Assembly: GCA_965222575.1 (NCBI GenBank)
Contig: OZ244958.1
Span: forward strand, 448,001-512,000
DNA: 64,000 bases
Direction: 5' to 3'
Source of the DNA: Alphaproteobacteria bacterium
GTDB taxonomy: Bacteria; Pseudomonadota; Alphaproteobacteria; G965222575
How positions within the stretch are numbered: position 1 is the stretch's first letter; each line of letters begins with the position of its first letter. Below, piece after piece: positions 12,615 through 21,474 of this stretch. Position numbers and translations under genes: made by a program. The notes beneath the pieces were generated by a model, which worked only from the letters and a program-made list of their open reading frames with translations, made no database searches and had not been told where the DNA came from.

Positions 12615-13628
12615 ATGAAAAAACGATATAGTCTCTTTTGTTTCTGCTTCCTCATCATTGGTACCGCTCACGCACAATCCCCTGTCAATCTAAAGATTCA
12701 CCATTTTCTCCCCGCAACCTCCACCGTACAAAAGTGGCTCATAGAACCTTGGGTCGAACGAGTGGAAAAAGACAGCAAAGGGGCTTTGACCTTCACAATT
12801 TATCCCGCTATGCAACTCGGCGGACGCCCCCAGCAACTGGTAAAACAAGCCTCAGATGGCGTGGTGGATATCATCTGGACAGTGGCCGGCTACACCCCCG
12901 GACGCTTTCCGAAACTCGAAGTGTTCGAACTCCCCTTCCTCGCACGTAGCGCAAAAGCGACCTCCGCCGCCGCTCACGAATACGCCAAGACCTACGCCAA
13001 AGAAGAATTTCAACACCTCTACCCCATCCTCATTCATGTCCACTCCCCAGGTACCTTCCATATGCGAAAAGGACAAATCCGCTCCATAGAAGACTTTAGA
13101 GGGAAAAAAATCCGCGTGCCAACAAAAATCGTCCACGAAACACTCAAAAGCCTCGGCGCCGTACCCGTCTTCATGCCCGTTCCACAAGTCAGCCAATCCC
13201 TCTCCTCAGGCGTCATCGATGGAACCGTCCTCCCTTACGAAGTCGTCAAATACCTAAAAGTCGATAAACTCACCTCTTCTCATACCTCCCTCGAAATGAC
13301 AAAAGGTATCTACACCATTGTCTTTTTATTCATCATGAACCAAAACTCCTATTACAAACTCAACTCAACCCTCAGAGCCATTATAAGAAAACACTCCGGT
13401 ATCCCCTTAGCACTGGAAGTCGGACAGTATTGGGACGAACAAGACCTCATAGCAGAGGAAGACATGCGTAAGGCTGGAGATGACTTCCTCACCATCCCAC
13501 TAGCCAACCAAAAAAACTGGCGCCTCAAAACCGACCCAGTCATAGAAAAATGGGTCAAAAACCAAAAACAGGGAACCTCCCTGCTAAAAGCCGCACAAAT
13601 GCTGATTGAAAAATATGAACAACGGTGA
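12615..13628 (+). CDS. TRAP transporter substrate-binding protein (DctP family)
   Basis: Signal peptide; YPAMQLGG, YTPGRFP, FELPF, GKKIRVP. Confidence 0.93.
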   Translation: MKKRYSLFCFCFLIIGTAHAQSPVNLKIHHFLPATSTVQKWLIEPWVERVEKDSKGALTFTIYPAMQLGGRPQQLVKQASDGVVDIIWTVAGYTPGRFPKLEVFELPFLARSAKATSAAAHEYAKTYAKEEFQHLYPILIHVHSPGTFHMRKGQIRSIEDFRGKKIRVPTKIVHETLKSLGAVPVFMPVPQVSQSLSSGVIDGTVLPYEVVKYLKVDKLTSSHTSLEMTKGIYTIVFLFIMNQNSYYKLNSTLRAIIRKHSGIPLALEVGQYWDEQDLIAEEDMRKAGDDFLTIPLANQKNWRLKTDPVIEKWVKNQKQGTSLLKAAQMLIEKYEQR

Positions 13629-14092
13629 TACAGCGCGCTTCCTCCCTCCTCAGATATGTTATTCTAAAAATCGCTTTGCTAGGGGGAATAGGCCTCCTGC
13701 TTTGCGCCCTCATGGTCAGTATCGGCGCAGGGGGGCGGAAATTCTTCCACACACCCTTCCCCGGTAGCTTCGAAATACTGGAAATCACCACAGCAGTGGT
13801 AGGGTTTTGCTTCTTCCCTTACTGCCAACTCAAAGGAGAAAATATTGCCTTACAACTCATAAAATTACCCCCTCTTCTCCAAAAACTCGGTACCTACATA
13901 GGACATATCCTACAAGGTAGTATCGGTGCCGTCGGCGCCTATTGCTTAGGAACAGCCGTTCTGGATTTCTACCCAAGTCAAGAAGCCACCATGCAACTAG
14001 GTATCCCCCTCTGGATTGTCCTAGCAATCTGTTGCGGGCTATTCTTCTTACTGTTCCTAGCCTCTCTTCTCCCCCTCCAAGAGGACGCATGA
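13625..14092 (+). CDS. TRAP transporter small permease (DctQ family)
   Basis: About 4 TM, GSFEI, position between SBP and large permease. Confidence 0.85.
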   Translation: MIQRASSLLRYVILKIALLGGIGLLLCALMVSIGAGGRKFFHTPFPGSFEILEITTAVVGFCFFPYCQLKGENIALQLIKLPPLLQKLGTYIGHILQGSIGAVGAYCLGTAVLDFYPSQEATMQLGIPLWIVLAICCGLFFLLFLASLLPLQEDA

Positions 14093-15393
14093 TTATCATA
14101 GGGGGTATACTCCTCTTGATTCTCTTGCTCCTCTTACGCGTCCCCATAGGGGCGGCTTTTTGCACCATAGGCGCAGTCCTTTACATCGCCGCCAACGGAC
14201 TAGACCCGTTCCTCCTGTACATGAAAACTACACCCTATTATCTGTTCGCTCACTATGGATTTTCCCCGTTGCCAATGTTTGTGCTCATGGGCTCCCTAGC
14301 CTTCCGAACAGGTCTATCACAAGAACTCTTTGATGTCGCAAGACTCTGGTTAGGACACCTGCGCGGCGGCTTAGGAATGGCGTGCTTAGGCGCCTGCGGG
14401 GGCTTCGGTTCCCTTTGCGGCTCTTCCGTTGCTACAGCTGCTACCATGACCTCTATTAGCTACAAACCCCTCATCCAAGCCGGCTACGCACCAGCACTCG
14501 CCGCCGGTACCTTAGCCGCAGGAGGAACACTAGGATTCCTCATCCCCCCCTCCATCGCCCTCGTCCTCTATGCCTTCCTCGCAGAACAAAGTATCCTAGA
14601 TATGTTCATCGGCTCCCTACTGCCCGCTATGGTAGCCCTTCTCCTCTTCTCCGCAACAGTCTGGTGCGTAAGCATCCTATACCCGGGCTCAGGCGGCGGC
14701 GTGGATAAAAAAGCCCCACTCGCCCTTAGACTGTATGCCCTCAAAAAACTCATCCCAGCGGCTTCTATCTTCACCATCTCCCTAGGCGGCATGTACGGCG
14801 GTATCTTTACCCCAACGGAAGGTGCCGCCGTGGGCGTCATCGCCCTCACCGCTTGGGGTCTCCTTAACCGCTCCCTATCTTGGCTAACCCTAAAAGCCTC
14901 CCTGTTCGAAACCGCAGGCATCACAGGCATGGTCTTCCTGCTCATCTTAGGCTCTAATATCATGAATACCGCTCTCGCCTTCCACGGACTCCCTTTCACC
15001 CTAGCAAACTTCATAGACGGACTCACCATCCCGGATTTCTACATCATCATCGGTATCCTGCTCGTCTACTTCCTCTTAGGGTGCTTCATGGATAGCCTCT
15101 CCATTCTCCTTGTCACTTTGCCCGTCCTCTTGCCAATAGTAGCAACCCTCAATGTGGGACTCCCCTCTTCAGAACATGTCCTCATATGGTTCGGTATTCT
15201 TTCCGTTATCATCGTAGAACAAGGCCTCATTACCCCGCCTTTCGGACTCAATATTTTTGTCCTGAAATCTCGTATCAAAACCCTCCCCTTGCGTACCATT
15301 TACAAAGGGACACTGCCCTTTGTACTCGTTTCTTTCTTACAAATGGCTATTGTGCTAGCGTTTCCTTGGCTAGTCCTGTGGTTTCTTCCCTAA
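14089..15393 (+). CDS. TRAP transporter large permease (DctM family)
   Basis: GSSVATAATM, GGTLGFLIPPS, FTPTEGAA, GLITPPFG; ATG 14089. Confidence 0.95.
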   Translation: MIIIGGILLLILLLLLRVPIGAAFCTIGAVLYIAANGLDPFLLYMKTTPYYLFAHYGFSPLPMFVLMGSLAFRTGLSQELFDVARLWLGHLRGGLGMACLGACGGFGSLCGSSVATAATMTSISYKPLIQAGYAPALAAGTLAAGGTLGFLIPPSIALVLYAFLAEQSILDMFIGSLLPAMVALLLFSATVWCVSILYPGSGGGVDKKAPLALRLYALKKLIPAASIFTISLGGMYGGIFTPTEGAAVGVIALTAWGLLNRSLSWLTLKASLFETAGITGMVFLLILGSNIMNTALAFHGLPFTLANFIDGLTIPDFYIIIGILLVYFLLGCFMDSLSILLVTLPVLLPIVATLNVGLPSSEHVLIWFGILSVIIVEQGLITPPFGLNIFVLKSRIKTLPLRTIYKGTLPFVLVSFLQMAIVLAFPWLVLWFLP

Positions 15394-15412
15394 AAACCCC
15401 GCCACAAGCGTG

Positions 15413-15772
15413 TTACGAAGAGGATTTTTCCTCTTCTTTCTCCCCTAGAAAAGACACATCAGTGATAGAGGAGGGTTCTTTCTCTTGTGCGTTTTTCTCT
15501 TGTGTGTCTTTCACAACAGGCGCTGTTTTAGAATTCAGGCGCGGAGCACGGCGGTAATAATGTTCCGCACTTTGAAGATATCTCTCTGCCATCACTCTAT
15601 CGCCATCAGCTTTGGAATCTCTTGCTAAGGCACAGTACTGATTGTAAATCTGCATGGCCGTGCCTCTGATTTTGCCTCTAGGACCGTGACTCTCAAGAGG
15701 ACGGGTTTGGACGGATTTCCTATGGGGGAAAAATTTCCGTTGAAAGGGACGTTTATTTACCATTTTCCTCAC
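15413..15772 (-). CDS. DUF4167 domain protein
   Basis: SHGPRGKIRGTAMQIYNQYCALARD..GDRVMAERYLQSAEHYYR; usual position downstream of prmC. Confidence 0.88.
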   Translation of the reverse strand: MRKMVNKRPFQRKFFPHRKSVQTRPLESHGPRGKIRGTAMQIYNQYCALARDSKADGDRVMAERYLQSAEHYYRRAPRLNSKTAPVVKDTQEKNAQEKEPSSITDVSFLGEKEEEKSSS

Positions 15773-16605
15773 AAAATTGCCACAACATGTCTTTTGATAC
15801 CTGCTAAATCTTTATGAACGTAAACTCGTTGAAAATAGGATTTCATTAGAGACTGTACCTCCTCCGCTTGATTCTCTCCGCACTCTACAATACCCACGCC
15901 ATCAGGCTTGAGAAACTGCCTTAAAGGCGGAAGAATCTCATAAAACGCTTGCAGTCCATTTTCTCCTCCATCAAGAGCCATCGGGGGTTCATAAGTTTGC
16001 CACCTAGACAATCCTATGTCCGCCGTTCTGATGTAGGGGGGATTAGAGACAATAAGATCATAGCGCTGATTATTGCTAAGACCCCTAAACCAGAAGCCCC
16101 TGACAAAAAAAGATCGCCCCTCTACAGATAGCAGTCTAGCATTATCGCAAGCTCGTTGCAAGGCTTTCATTGAGTAATCCACACCGACTCCCCGTGCACG
16201 CTCAAACAAGGATAACAAAGACAAAAGCAAACAGCCACTGCCAGTGCCTAAATCTAAAAGCCACTGAGGTGAACAAGAGACATAATGTTGCGCAAGCTCC
16301 AAGATGAGTTCCGTCTCCGGACGCGGTATGAAAACATGAGAATCTACACAAAATGTGTGGCGAAAAAAATCTTTCCTCCCCAAAATATACGCCATAGGCT
16401 TGTGATAAGTGCGCACAGTAATCAGACTCTCAAAAGTCTTCCTCTCCTCCTCAGACAAACATTGCAACTCCTCCATACACAAAAGCGTTTGTGCACAGAC
16501 CCCAAGCGTCTCTTCCATCAATAACCGCGCCTCTAACACAGGACTTGCAATGTCCGCCTCCGCAAGTCTCCTACTCCCTTTGCCCAAAGCCTCCCATAAC
16601 CTCAT
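15769..16605 (-). CDS. prmC: Release factor glutamine methyltransferase PrmC (HemK)
   Basis: [22 protein letters not shown]. Confidence 0.96.
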   Translation of the reverse strand: MRLWEALGKGSRRLAEADIASPVLEARLLMEETLGVCAQTLLCMEELQCLSEEERKTFESLITVRTYHKPMAYILGRKDFFRHTFCVDSHVFIPRPETELILELAQHYVSCSPQWLLDLGTGSGCLLLSLLSLFERARGVGVDYSMKALQRACDNARLLSVEGRSFFVRGFWFRGLSNNQRYDLIVSNPPYIRTADIGLSRWQTYEPPMALDGGENGLQAFYEILPPLRQFLKPDGVGIVECGENQAEEVQSLMKSYFQRVYVHKDLAGIKRHVVAIL

Positions 16606-17678
16606 GAGAAATCTAACCCTTCCAATAAACGCTCTTCCTGCTTCTTATGAAGCCCTCTCATAAACACCCCTAACTCTTCCCCTTGCAATATCTTTTCCAA
16701 ATTATGCACCGTAACCTGAAACCGATGATCCGTTAGACGACCTTGAGGAAAATTGTATGTCCTAATTCTCTCCGACCGATCACCAGTCCCTACTTGCCCC
16801 CGCCGTTTCTCCGCCCTCTTCTCCTGCTGCTTGCGTAACTCCAAATCATACAGACGCGCCTTGAGAATCTTCAAAGCGCGCGCTTTATTCTTATGCTGTG
16901 ATTTCTCATCCTGCTGACTCACCACAAGAGACGAAGGAAGATGGGTAATACGAACAGCAGAATCCGTGGTGTTCACACTTTGTCCCCCAGGACCAGAAGC
17001 TCTAAACACATCAATACGCAGGTCTTTTTCTTCTATCTTTATGTCCAAATCCCTAGGCTCAGGAAGGACCGCTACAGTGGCCGCAGACGTATGAACACGC
17101 CCACCAGACTCCGTCGTCGGGACACGTTGTACACGGTGAACACCAGACTCCAACTGTAAAAACCCGAAAGCCCCCTCCCCTTGAACATCCAATATCCCAT
17201 AGCGTATCCCCCCCACCTCCGTAGACGAAAGACTCATCATCTCCACAGCAAACCCTTCCTGTGATAAACAACGGGTATACATACGCAACAAATCCCGCGC
17301 AAACAACGACGCCTCCTCCCCTCCCGTTCCAGCCCGCACCTCTAAAATCGCCGCTAACTCCCACCCCTCAGGGCGCGGCAATAACTGCCGCTTAAGCTCT
17401 TCTTCCAACACCAAACGCGCCCTTCCAAGCTTCTCAAGCTCCACCGCACATAACCCCAAAAACTCATGACCGCCACTCCCCTCTTCAACCAATCCGCGCG
17501 TCTCCTCAATCTCTTTCACCAATACCTCCCACCGCTGCGCCTTCTCCATAAACCCACACATCTTAGAATACTCTAAACTCAACCGTACCCGCTCCTGTGT
17601 CGTCCCCGCCTCCTGCAGAGCGCGCTCAAGTGCTAAAAAAACACAACGTTTCTTCTCTAAATACCCTTTCAAAGACAT
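16602..17678 (-). CDS. prfA: Peptide chain release factor 1
   Basis: [19 protein letters not shown] (PxT), GGQ motif, [13 protein letters not shown]. Confidence 0.97.
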   Translation of the reverse strand: MSLKGYLEKKRCVFLALERALQEAGTTQERVRLSLEYSKMCGFMEKAQRWEVLVKEIEETRGLVEEGSGGHEFLGLCAVELEKLGRARLVLEEELKRQLLPRPEGWELAAILEVRAGTGGEEASLFARDLLRMYTRCLSQEGFAVEMMSLSSTEVGGIRYGILDVQGEGAFGFLQLESGVHRVQRVPTTESGGRVHTSAATVAVLPEPRDLDIKIEEKDLRIDVFRASGPGGQSVNTTDSAVRITHLPSSLVVSQQDEKSQHKNKARALKILKARLYDLELRKQQEKRAEKRRGQVGTGDRSERIRTYNFPQGRLTDHRFQVTVHNLEKILQGEELGVFMRGLHKKQEERLLEGLDFS

Positions 17679-17693
17679 AAAACCCAAAACCCC

Positions 17694-18794
17694 CTATTCT
17701 CTCTTCTCACACTCAAGTAACCGCGCCTTCTCTTCCACCGCCTCAACAATCCTGTCAACCAGCGCATCATCCGGGACTTGACCACTTGGCAATCCATGCA
17801 AATACAACATATGTACACCCGCACCGCCTCCCGTCAACCCAACATCCGCCTCCCGTGCCTCCCCAGGACCATTCACAACACACCCCAACACAGACAAAGT
17901 CATAGGAGTCCGTATATGACGTAGCCTAGACTCCAAAACACGAACCGTCTCTATCACATCAAACCCCTGACGCGCACAAGAAGGACACGCCACAATACAC
18001 ACACCCTTACGGCGCAAATTCAACGCCTTCAGTATCTCAAACCCAACCTCCACCTCCCGCACCGGATCATCACACAAAGAAACCCTAATCGTATCTCCTA
18101 TCCCCTCAGACAACAACGTTCCTATCCCTATGGCAGACTTAACAGACCCCGGTAAAAAACTACCAGCTTCCGTTACCCCTAAATGTAACGGATAATCACA
18201 CAAAGCACTCAGCTTGCGGTACGCTTCTATCATCATCAGCGTTTGCGACGACTTTACACTAATTTTGAACTCCCTAAACGCTAACTCTTCAAGACAACGC
18301 ACATGAAAAAGCGCCGACTCAACCATAGCATCCGCACAAGGAGAGCGGTACTTCTCCAAAATAGGCTTCTCCAAACTGCCGCCATTGACACCGATTCGCA
18401 TGGAACAGCCATAATCTCGCGCCGCACGAACTACCTCTTTAATACGCTCCTTACTCCCTATATTTCCGGGATTAATCCTCAGGGCGCTCGCCCCATTCTT
18501 CGCCGCCTCTATAGCCCTTTTATAATGAAAATGAATGTCCGCTATCAACGGAACAGTTGCCATCTTGCTTAAAACCTTAAGCGCCGCCGTAGACGCCTCA
18601 TCGGGACACGATACACGTATAATATCCACGCCCGCCTCCTCCAAAGCCCTGATTTGCGCCCCCGTACGCTGTACATCAGAGGTCGGGGTGTTCGTCATGG
18701 ACTGTACCAAAATAGGATGCTCTCCCCCTATCAAACAAGCACCAACACGAATGACTGATTTTCGTACCCTCTTCGGAACAGTAGCGTAACTCAT
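17694..18794 (-). CDS. ispG: HMBPP synthase IspG
   Basis: [43 protein letters not shown]. Confidence 0.98.
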   Translation of the reverse strand: MSYATVPKRVRKSVIRVGACLIGGEHPILVQSMTNTPTSDVQRTGAQIRALEEAGVDIIRVSCPDEASTAALKVLSKMATVPLIADIHFHYKRAIEAAKNGASALRINPGNIGSKERIKEVVRAARDYGCSMRIGVNGGSLEKPILEKYRSPCADAMVESALFHVRCLEELAFREFKISVKSSQTLMMIEAYRKLSALCDYPLHLGVTEAGSFLPGSVKSAIGIGTLLSEGIGDTIRVSLCDDPVREVEVGFEILKALNLRRKGVCIVACPSCARQGFDVIETVRVLESRLRHIRTPMTLSVLGCVVNGPGEAREADVGLTGGGAGVHMLYLHGLPSGQVPDDALVDRIVEAVEEKARLLECEKRE

Positions 18795-19588
18795 GGAAAA
18801 ATAGGGCGCAGTAAGGAAAGAATATCTTGATAATCTAAGGTAACAAAGACGTCCTTCTCCAATAACGGCTTCCCTGTAGACACAAAATAAAGACGACTCG
18901 GGTGAGTCGTGGACAACAAAATCGTCTCCTCAAAGGGAAATTCCCGCTCCCCAGAAAAAAACCCAGAAAAAATCACCTCATGGAAAGTCTTAATTCTCAC
19001 CCAGACAGGCAGAGAAGACCGCAACCGAAATTGGTCCGGAAGAGAGGGGACTCCTCCCTCAGAAGAAGAAATACCCTCTTGAGAAAGAGGCAGCACACCC
19101 TCAGGAGAAACCCTCTCCTCTTGAGGCAAAAAGGGCACTTTATCAGAAACAGAAGGCAGAGATTGCGCTTGGGGAAGAGAAGAGGAAGGCGGCAGAAGAG
19201 AAGAAGAACGAAACAGAGCATTTTCTACAGTAATCCCTATAACCCCTATGAAGACAACACTTGCAATCACCAAAAGAGGAAAGGAAAAATCACGTCTGGA
19301 CTTGAAAAAGGCACGCGGTGCCTTCTTAGACGTTTGCGCATAATAATCCCCTAGGGCAAGAGAGGAAAACTCTATCTCAAGCAAGGGGCATAAAGCCCGC
19401 AAAAGACCCATCACATACGGCCGCGGCGGAAGGCGCGAAACCTCTCCTTTTTCCAAAGCTTCTAAGGTCTCAACCCGGACACAAAGAGAACGAGATAACG
19501 CCTCTAAACTCAGTCCCTTTTCCGCACGCAACTGCGCAATCTGTTCCCCAACTTGTAACCGCTTACGCTTTATCTTTTCCTCAGACAT
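18791..19588 (-). CDS. RodZ-like HTH membrane protein
   Basis: N-terminal HTH_25-like domain, single TM, Pro/Ser linker, WVRI motif, upstream of ispG. Confidence 0.75.
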   Translation of the reverse strand: MSEEKIKRKRLQVGEQIAQLRAEKGLSLEALSRSLCVRVETLEALEKGEVSRLPPRPYVMGLLRALCPLLEIEFSSLALGDYYAQTSKKAPRAFFKSRRDFSFPLLVIASVVFIGVIGITVENALFRSSSLLPPSSSLPQAQSLPSVSDKVPFLPQEERVSPEGVLPLSQEGISSSEGGVPSLPDQFRLRSSLPVWVRIKTFHEVIFSGFFSGEREFPFEETILLSTTHPSRLYFVSTGKPLLEKDVFVTLDYQDILSLLRPIFP

Positions 19589-19650
19589 TCCTATTCCCCA
19601 ACTATAACCCGTCCATCTTACCTATTGTAGGTTACCATAAAAAGACTCTT

Positions 19651-19678
19651 TTGACTAAACCCCCCTTTTAGCTATAAC
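19651..19678 (+). promoter_or_regulatory. Putative sigma70 promoter upstream of the HesB-family gene
   Basis: TTGACT-16 nt-TATAAC. Confidence 0.45.
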
Positions 19679-19722
19679 ATATTGACGTAGCTTTAACACA
19701 ATTTCTCCATTGTCATTTTCAT

Positions 19723-20058
19723 ATGCCACCCTTTACCTTTACCATAACACCCGTTGCACGCCGACGCATTAAAGCTCTCGTCACCAAAACCTCTCCCTGC
19801 TTCAGGTTGGAAATTAAGTCCGGCGGCTGTAAAGGCTTTCAGTATAACTTCGCCATGTGCTATAAACCTCTTAAGGAAGACCACGTCTTTATCATGAATA
19901 AAACAAACGGAAGCGCCGTGGTGATTGATAAAATGTCCGGACAATTCCTCAAAGGCGCTACCTTAGACTTCATAGAAACCGTCATGGAATCCGGATTCAT
20001 CGTCAAAGGCACAGATCTAGGCGCAAGCTGCGGTTGTCAGGTGTCTTTCTCCCTCTGA
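19723..20058 (+). CDS. HesB/IscA/ErpA family Fe-S carrier protein
   Basis: GGCKGFQY and SCGCQVSF. Confidence 0.92.
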   Translation: MPPFTFTITPVARRRIKALVTKTSPCFRLEIKSGGCKGFQYNFAMCYKPLKEDHVFIMNKTNGSAVVIDKMSGQFLKGATLDFIETVMESGFIVKGTDLGASCGCQVSFSL

Positions 20059-20129
20059 AGACCCTTGCTTTCCTCAAAAAGGGTATGCTATTCTCTTCTC
20101 TTCTTCAATAAGGGATACCCCTCTTTTCC

Positions 20130-20450
20130 ATGTTCTACGAACTCACCCTCATTACACGACCTGATTTATCCCAAAAAGAACTAGAGGAAGTCACCTTCCT
20201 CTGTGAAGAAGAACTCAAAAAACAGGAAGCAACCCTCAAAGGTATTGAACATTGGGGAACAAAAACGCTTGCCTACCGCATCGGAAAACACAGAAGAGGG
20301 ACTTATGTCTTCCTCAAAATCGACTCAAAAATGCCGCTCAACGCCTTAGAAAAAACCCTAGCACTCAATAGTAAAATCTTGCGCTCCTTAACAGTGCGCG
20401 TAAAAGAATTCTCCCAAGAAGACACACCTCTTCTTCAGAAAACAACATGA
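20130..20450 (+). CDS. rpsF: 30S ribosomal protein S6
   Basis: [22 protein letters not shown]. Confidence 0.96.
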   Translation: MFYELTLITRPDLSQKELEEVTFLCEEELKKQEATLKGIEHWGTKTLAYRIGKHRRGTYVFLKIDSKMPLNALEKTLALNSKILRSLTVRVKEFSQEDTPLLQKTT

Positions 20451-20472
20451 ACCCAATCTCGAAATCCCCCTC

Positions 20473-20721
20473 ATGAAACTCAAAATCATCACTCCCCCAC
20501 AAAAAAACCCCCAGACCCATCCCCATGATAAACAACCCACCATACCAAAGGTCATCGATTACAAAGACCCCAACAGTCTAAAGCCTTTCATCTCCGAACG
20601 AGGACGGATTATGCCCTCGCGTATCTCAGGCGTGCCCCCTAAAAAACAAAAAGAAATCACGTGTGCCATTAAACGTGCTCGATTCCTATGCCTCCTCCCT
20701 TACGTCAACAAAAGATTCTAA
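20473..20721 (+). CDS. rpsR: 30S ribosomal protein S18 (divergent N-terminus)
   Basis: [30 protein letters not shown]. Confidence 0.95.
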   Translation: MKLKIITPPQKNPQTHPHDKQPTIPKVIDYKDPNSLKPFISERGRIMPSRISGVPPKKQKEITCAIKRARFLCLLPYVNKRF

Positions 20722-20727
20722 ACAATT

Positions 20728-21474
20728 ATGGAGATCATTTTACTGCAGAGAATCAAAAACCTCGGCCAAATGGGCGATGTCGTCTCCGTTAAACGGGGAT
20801 TCGCTAGAAACTACCTCCTACCACAAGCAAAAGCTATACTAGCAACAAAAGAAAACCGCGCGCAACTCAAAGACAATTGGGCCCAACTCGAAGCCCGTAA
20901 CCTCGAAAAGAAAAGCGAGGCTGAAGCCTTACGAAAAAAAATTCAAACCCTAGAAATCATCACCATTGAACATGCCGGAGAAAATGGACACCTCTATGGT
21001 TCCGTAAAAGCACAAAAAATCGCTGCCCTCTTAAAAAATAAACAAAATATTTCCATCCTCACAAACCAAATCCTACTGGAACATCCCATCAAAACCATAG
21101 GTCTACATGAAGTACAACTCCTGCTGCACCCAGAAGTGGAAATGACCCTACCCGTATGGGTTGCACGCACACAAGGAGAAGCGAAAACCCTAAAAGATCA
21201 CTTCAAAAACCAAGAACTTAAAGCCGGCGAAAACCCTATCACAGCCCTCTCAAATCGTAAACCCCCTGCCACAGAAGACCACAAAGAAAAAAAAGAGACC
21301 AGCAAAAAACCTCATAAAGACACCCAAAGTCCGCCACCAAAACAAGGGGAAAAAACCGCAAGCACAACACCCAAAGACAAGAAAGCCATCCCTGTTGCCA
21401 CAAAAAAGAAAGACCCGTCAACAAAGACCAGGACACCAGAAAAAGAGGAAAAAACCCTTCCCACAGAGAGTTAG
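20728..21474 (+). CDS. rplI: 50S ribosomal protein L9 with long Lys/Thr/Pro-rich C-terminal extension
   Basis: GDVVSVKRGFARNYLLP, LYGSV, PIKTIG, LHPEV; last 14 codons lie in repeat unit 1. Confidence 0.96.
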   Translation: MEIILLQRIKNLGQMGDVVSVKRGFARNYLLPQAKAILATKENRAQLKDNWAQLEARNLEKKSEAEALRKKIQTLEIITIEHAGENGHLYGSVKAQKIAALLKNKQNISILTNQILLEHPIKTIGLHEVQLLLHPEVEMTLPVWVARTQGEAKTLKDHFKNQELKAGENPITALSNRKPPATEDHKEKKETSKKPHKDTQSPPPKQGEKTASTTPKDKKAIPVATKKKDPSTKTRTPEKEEKTLPTES

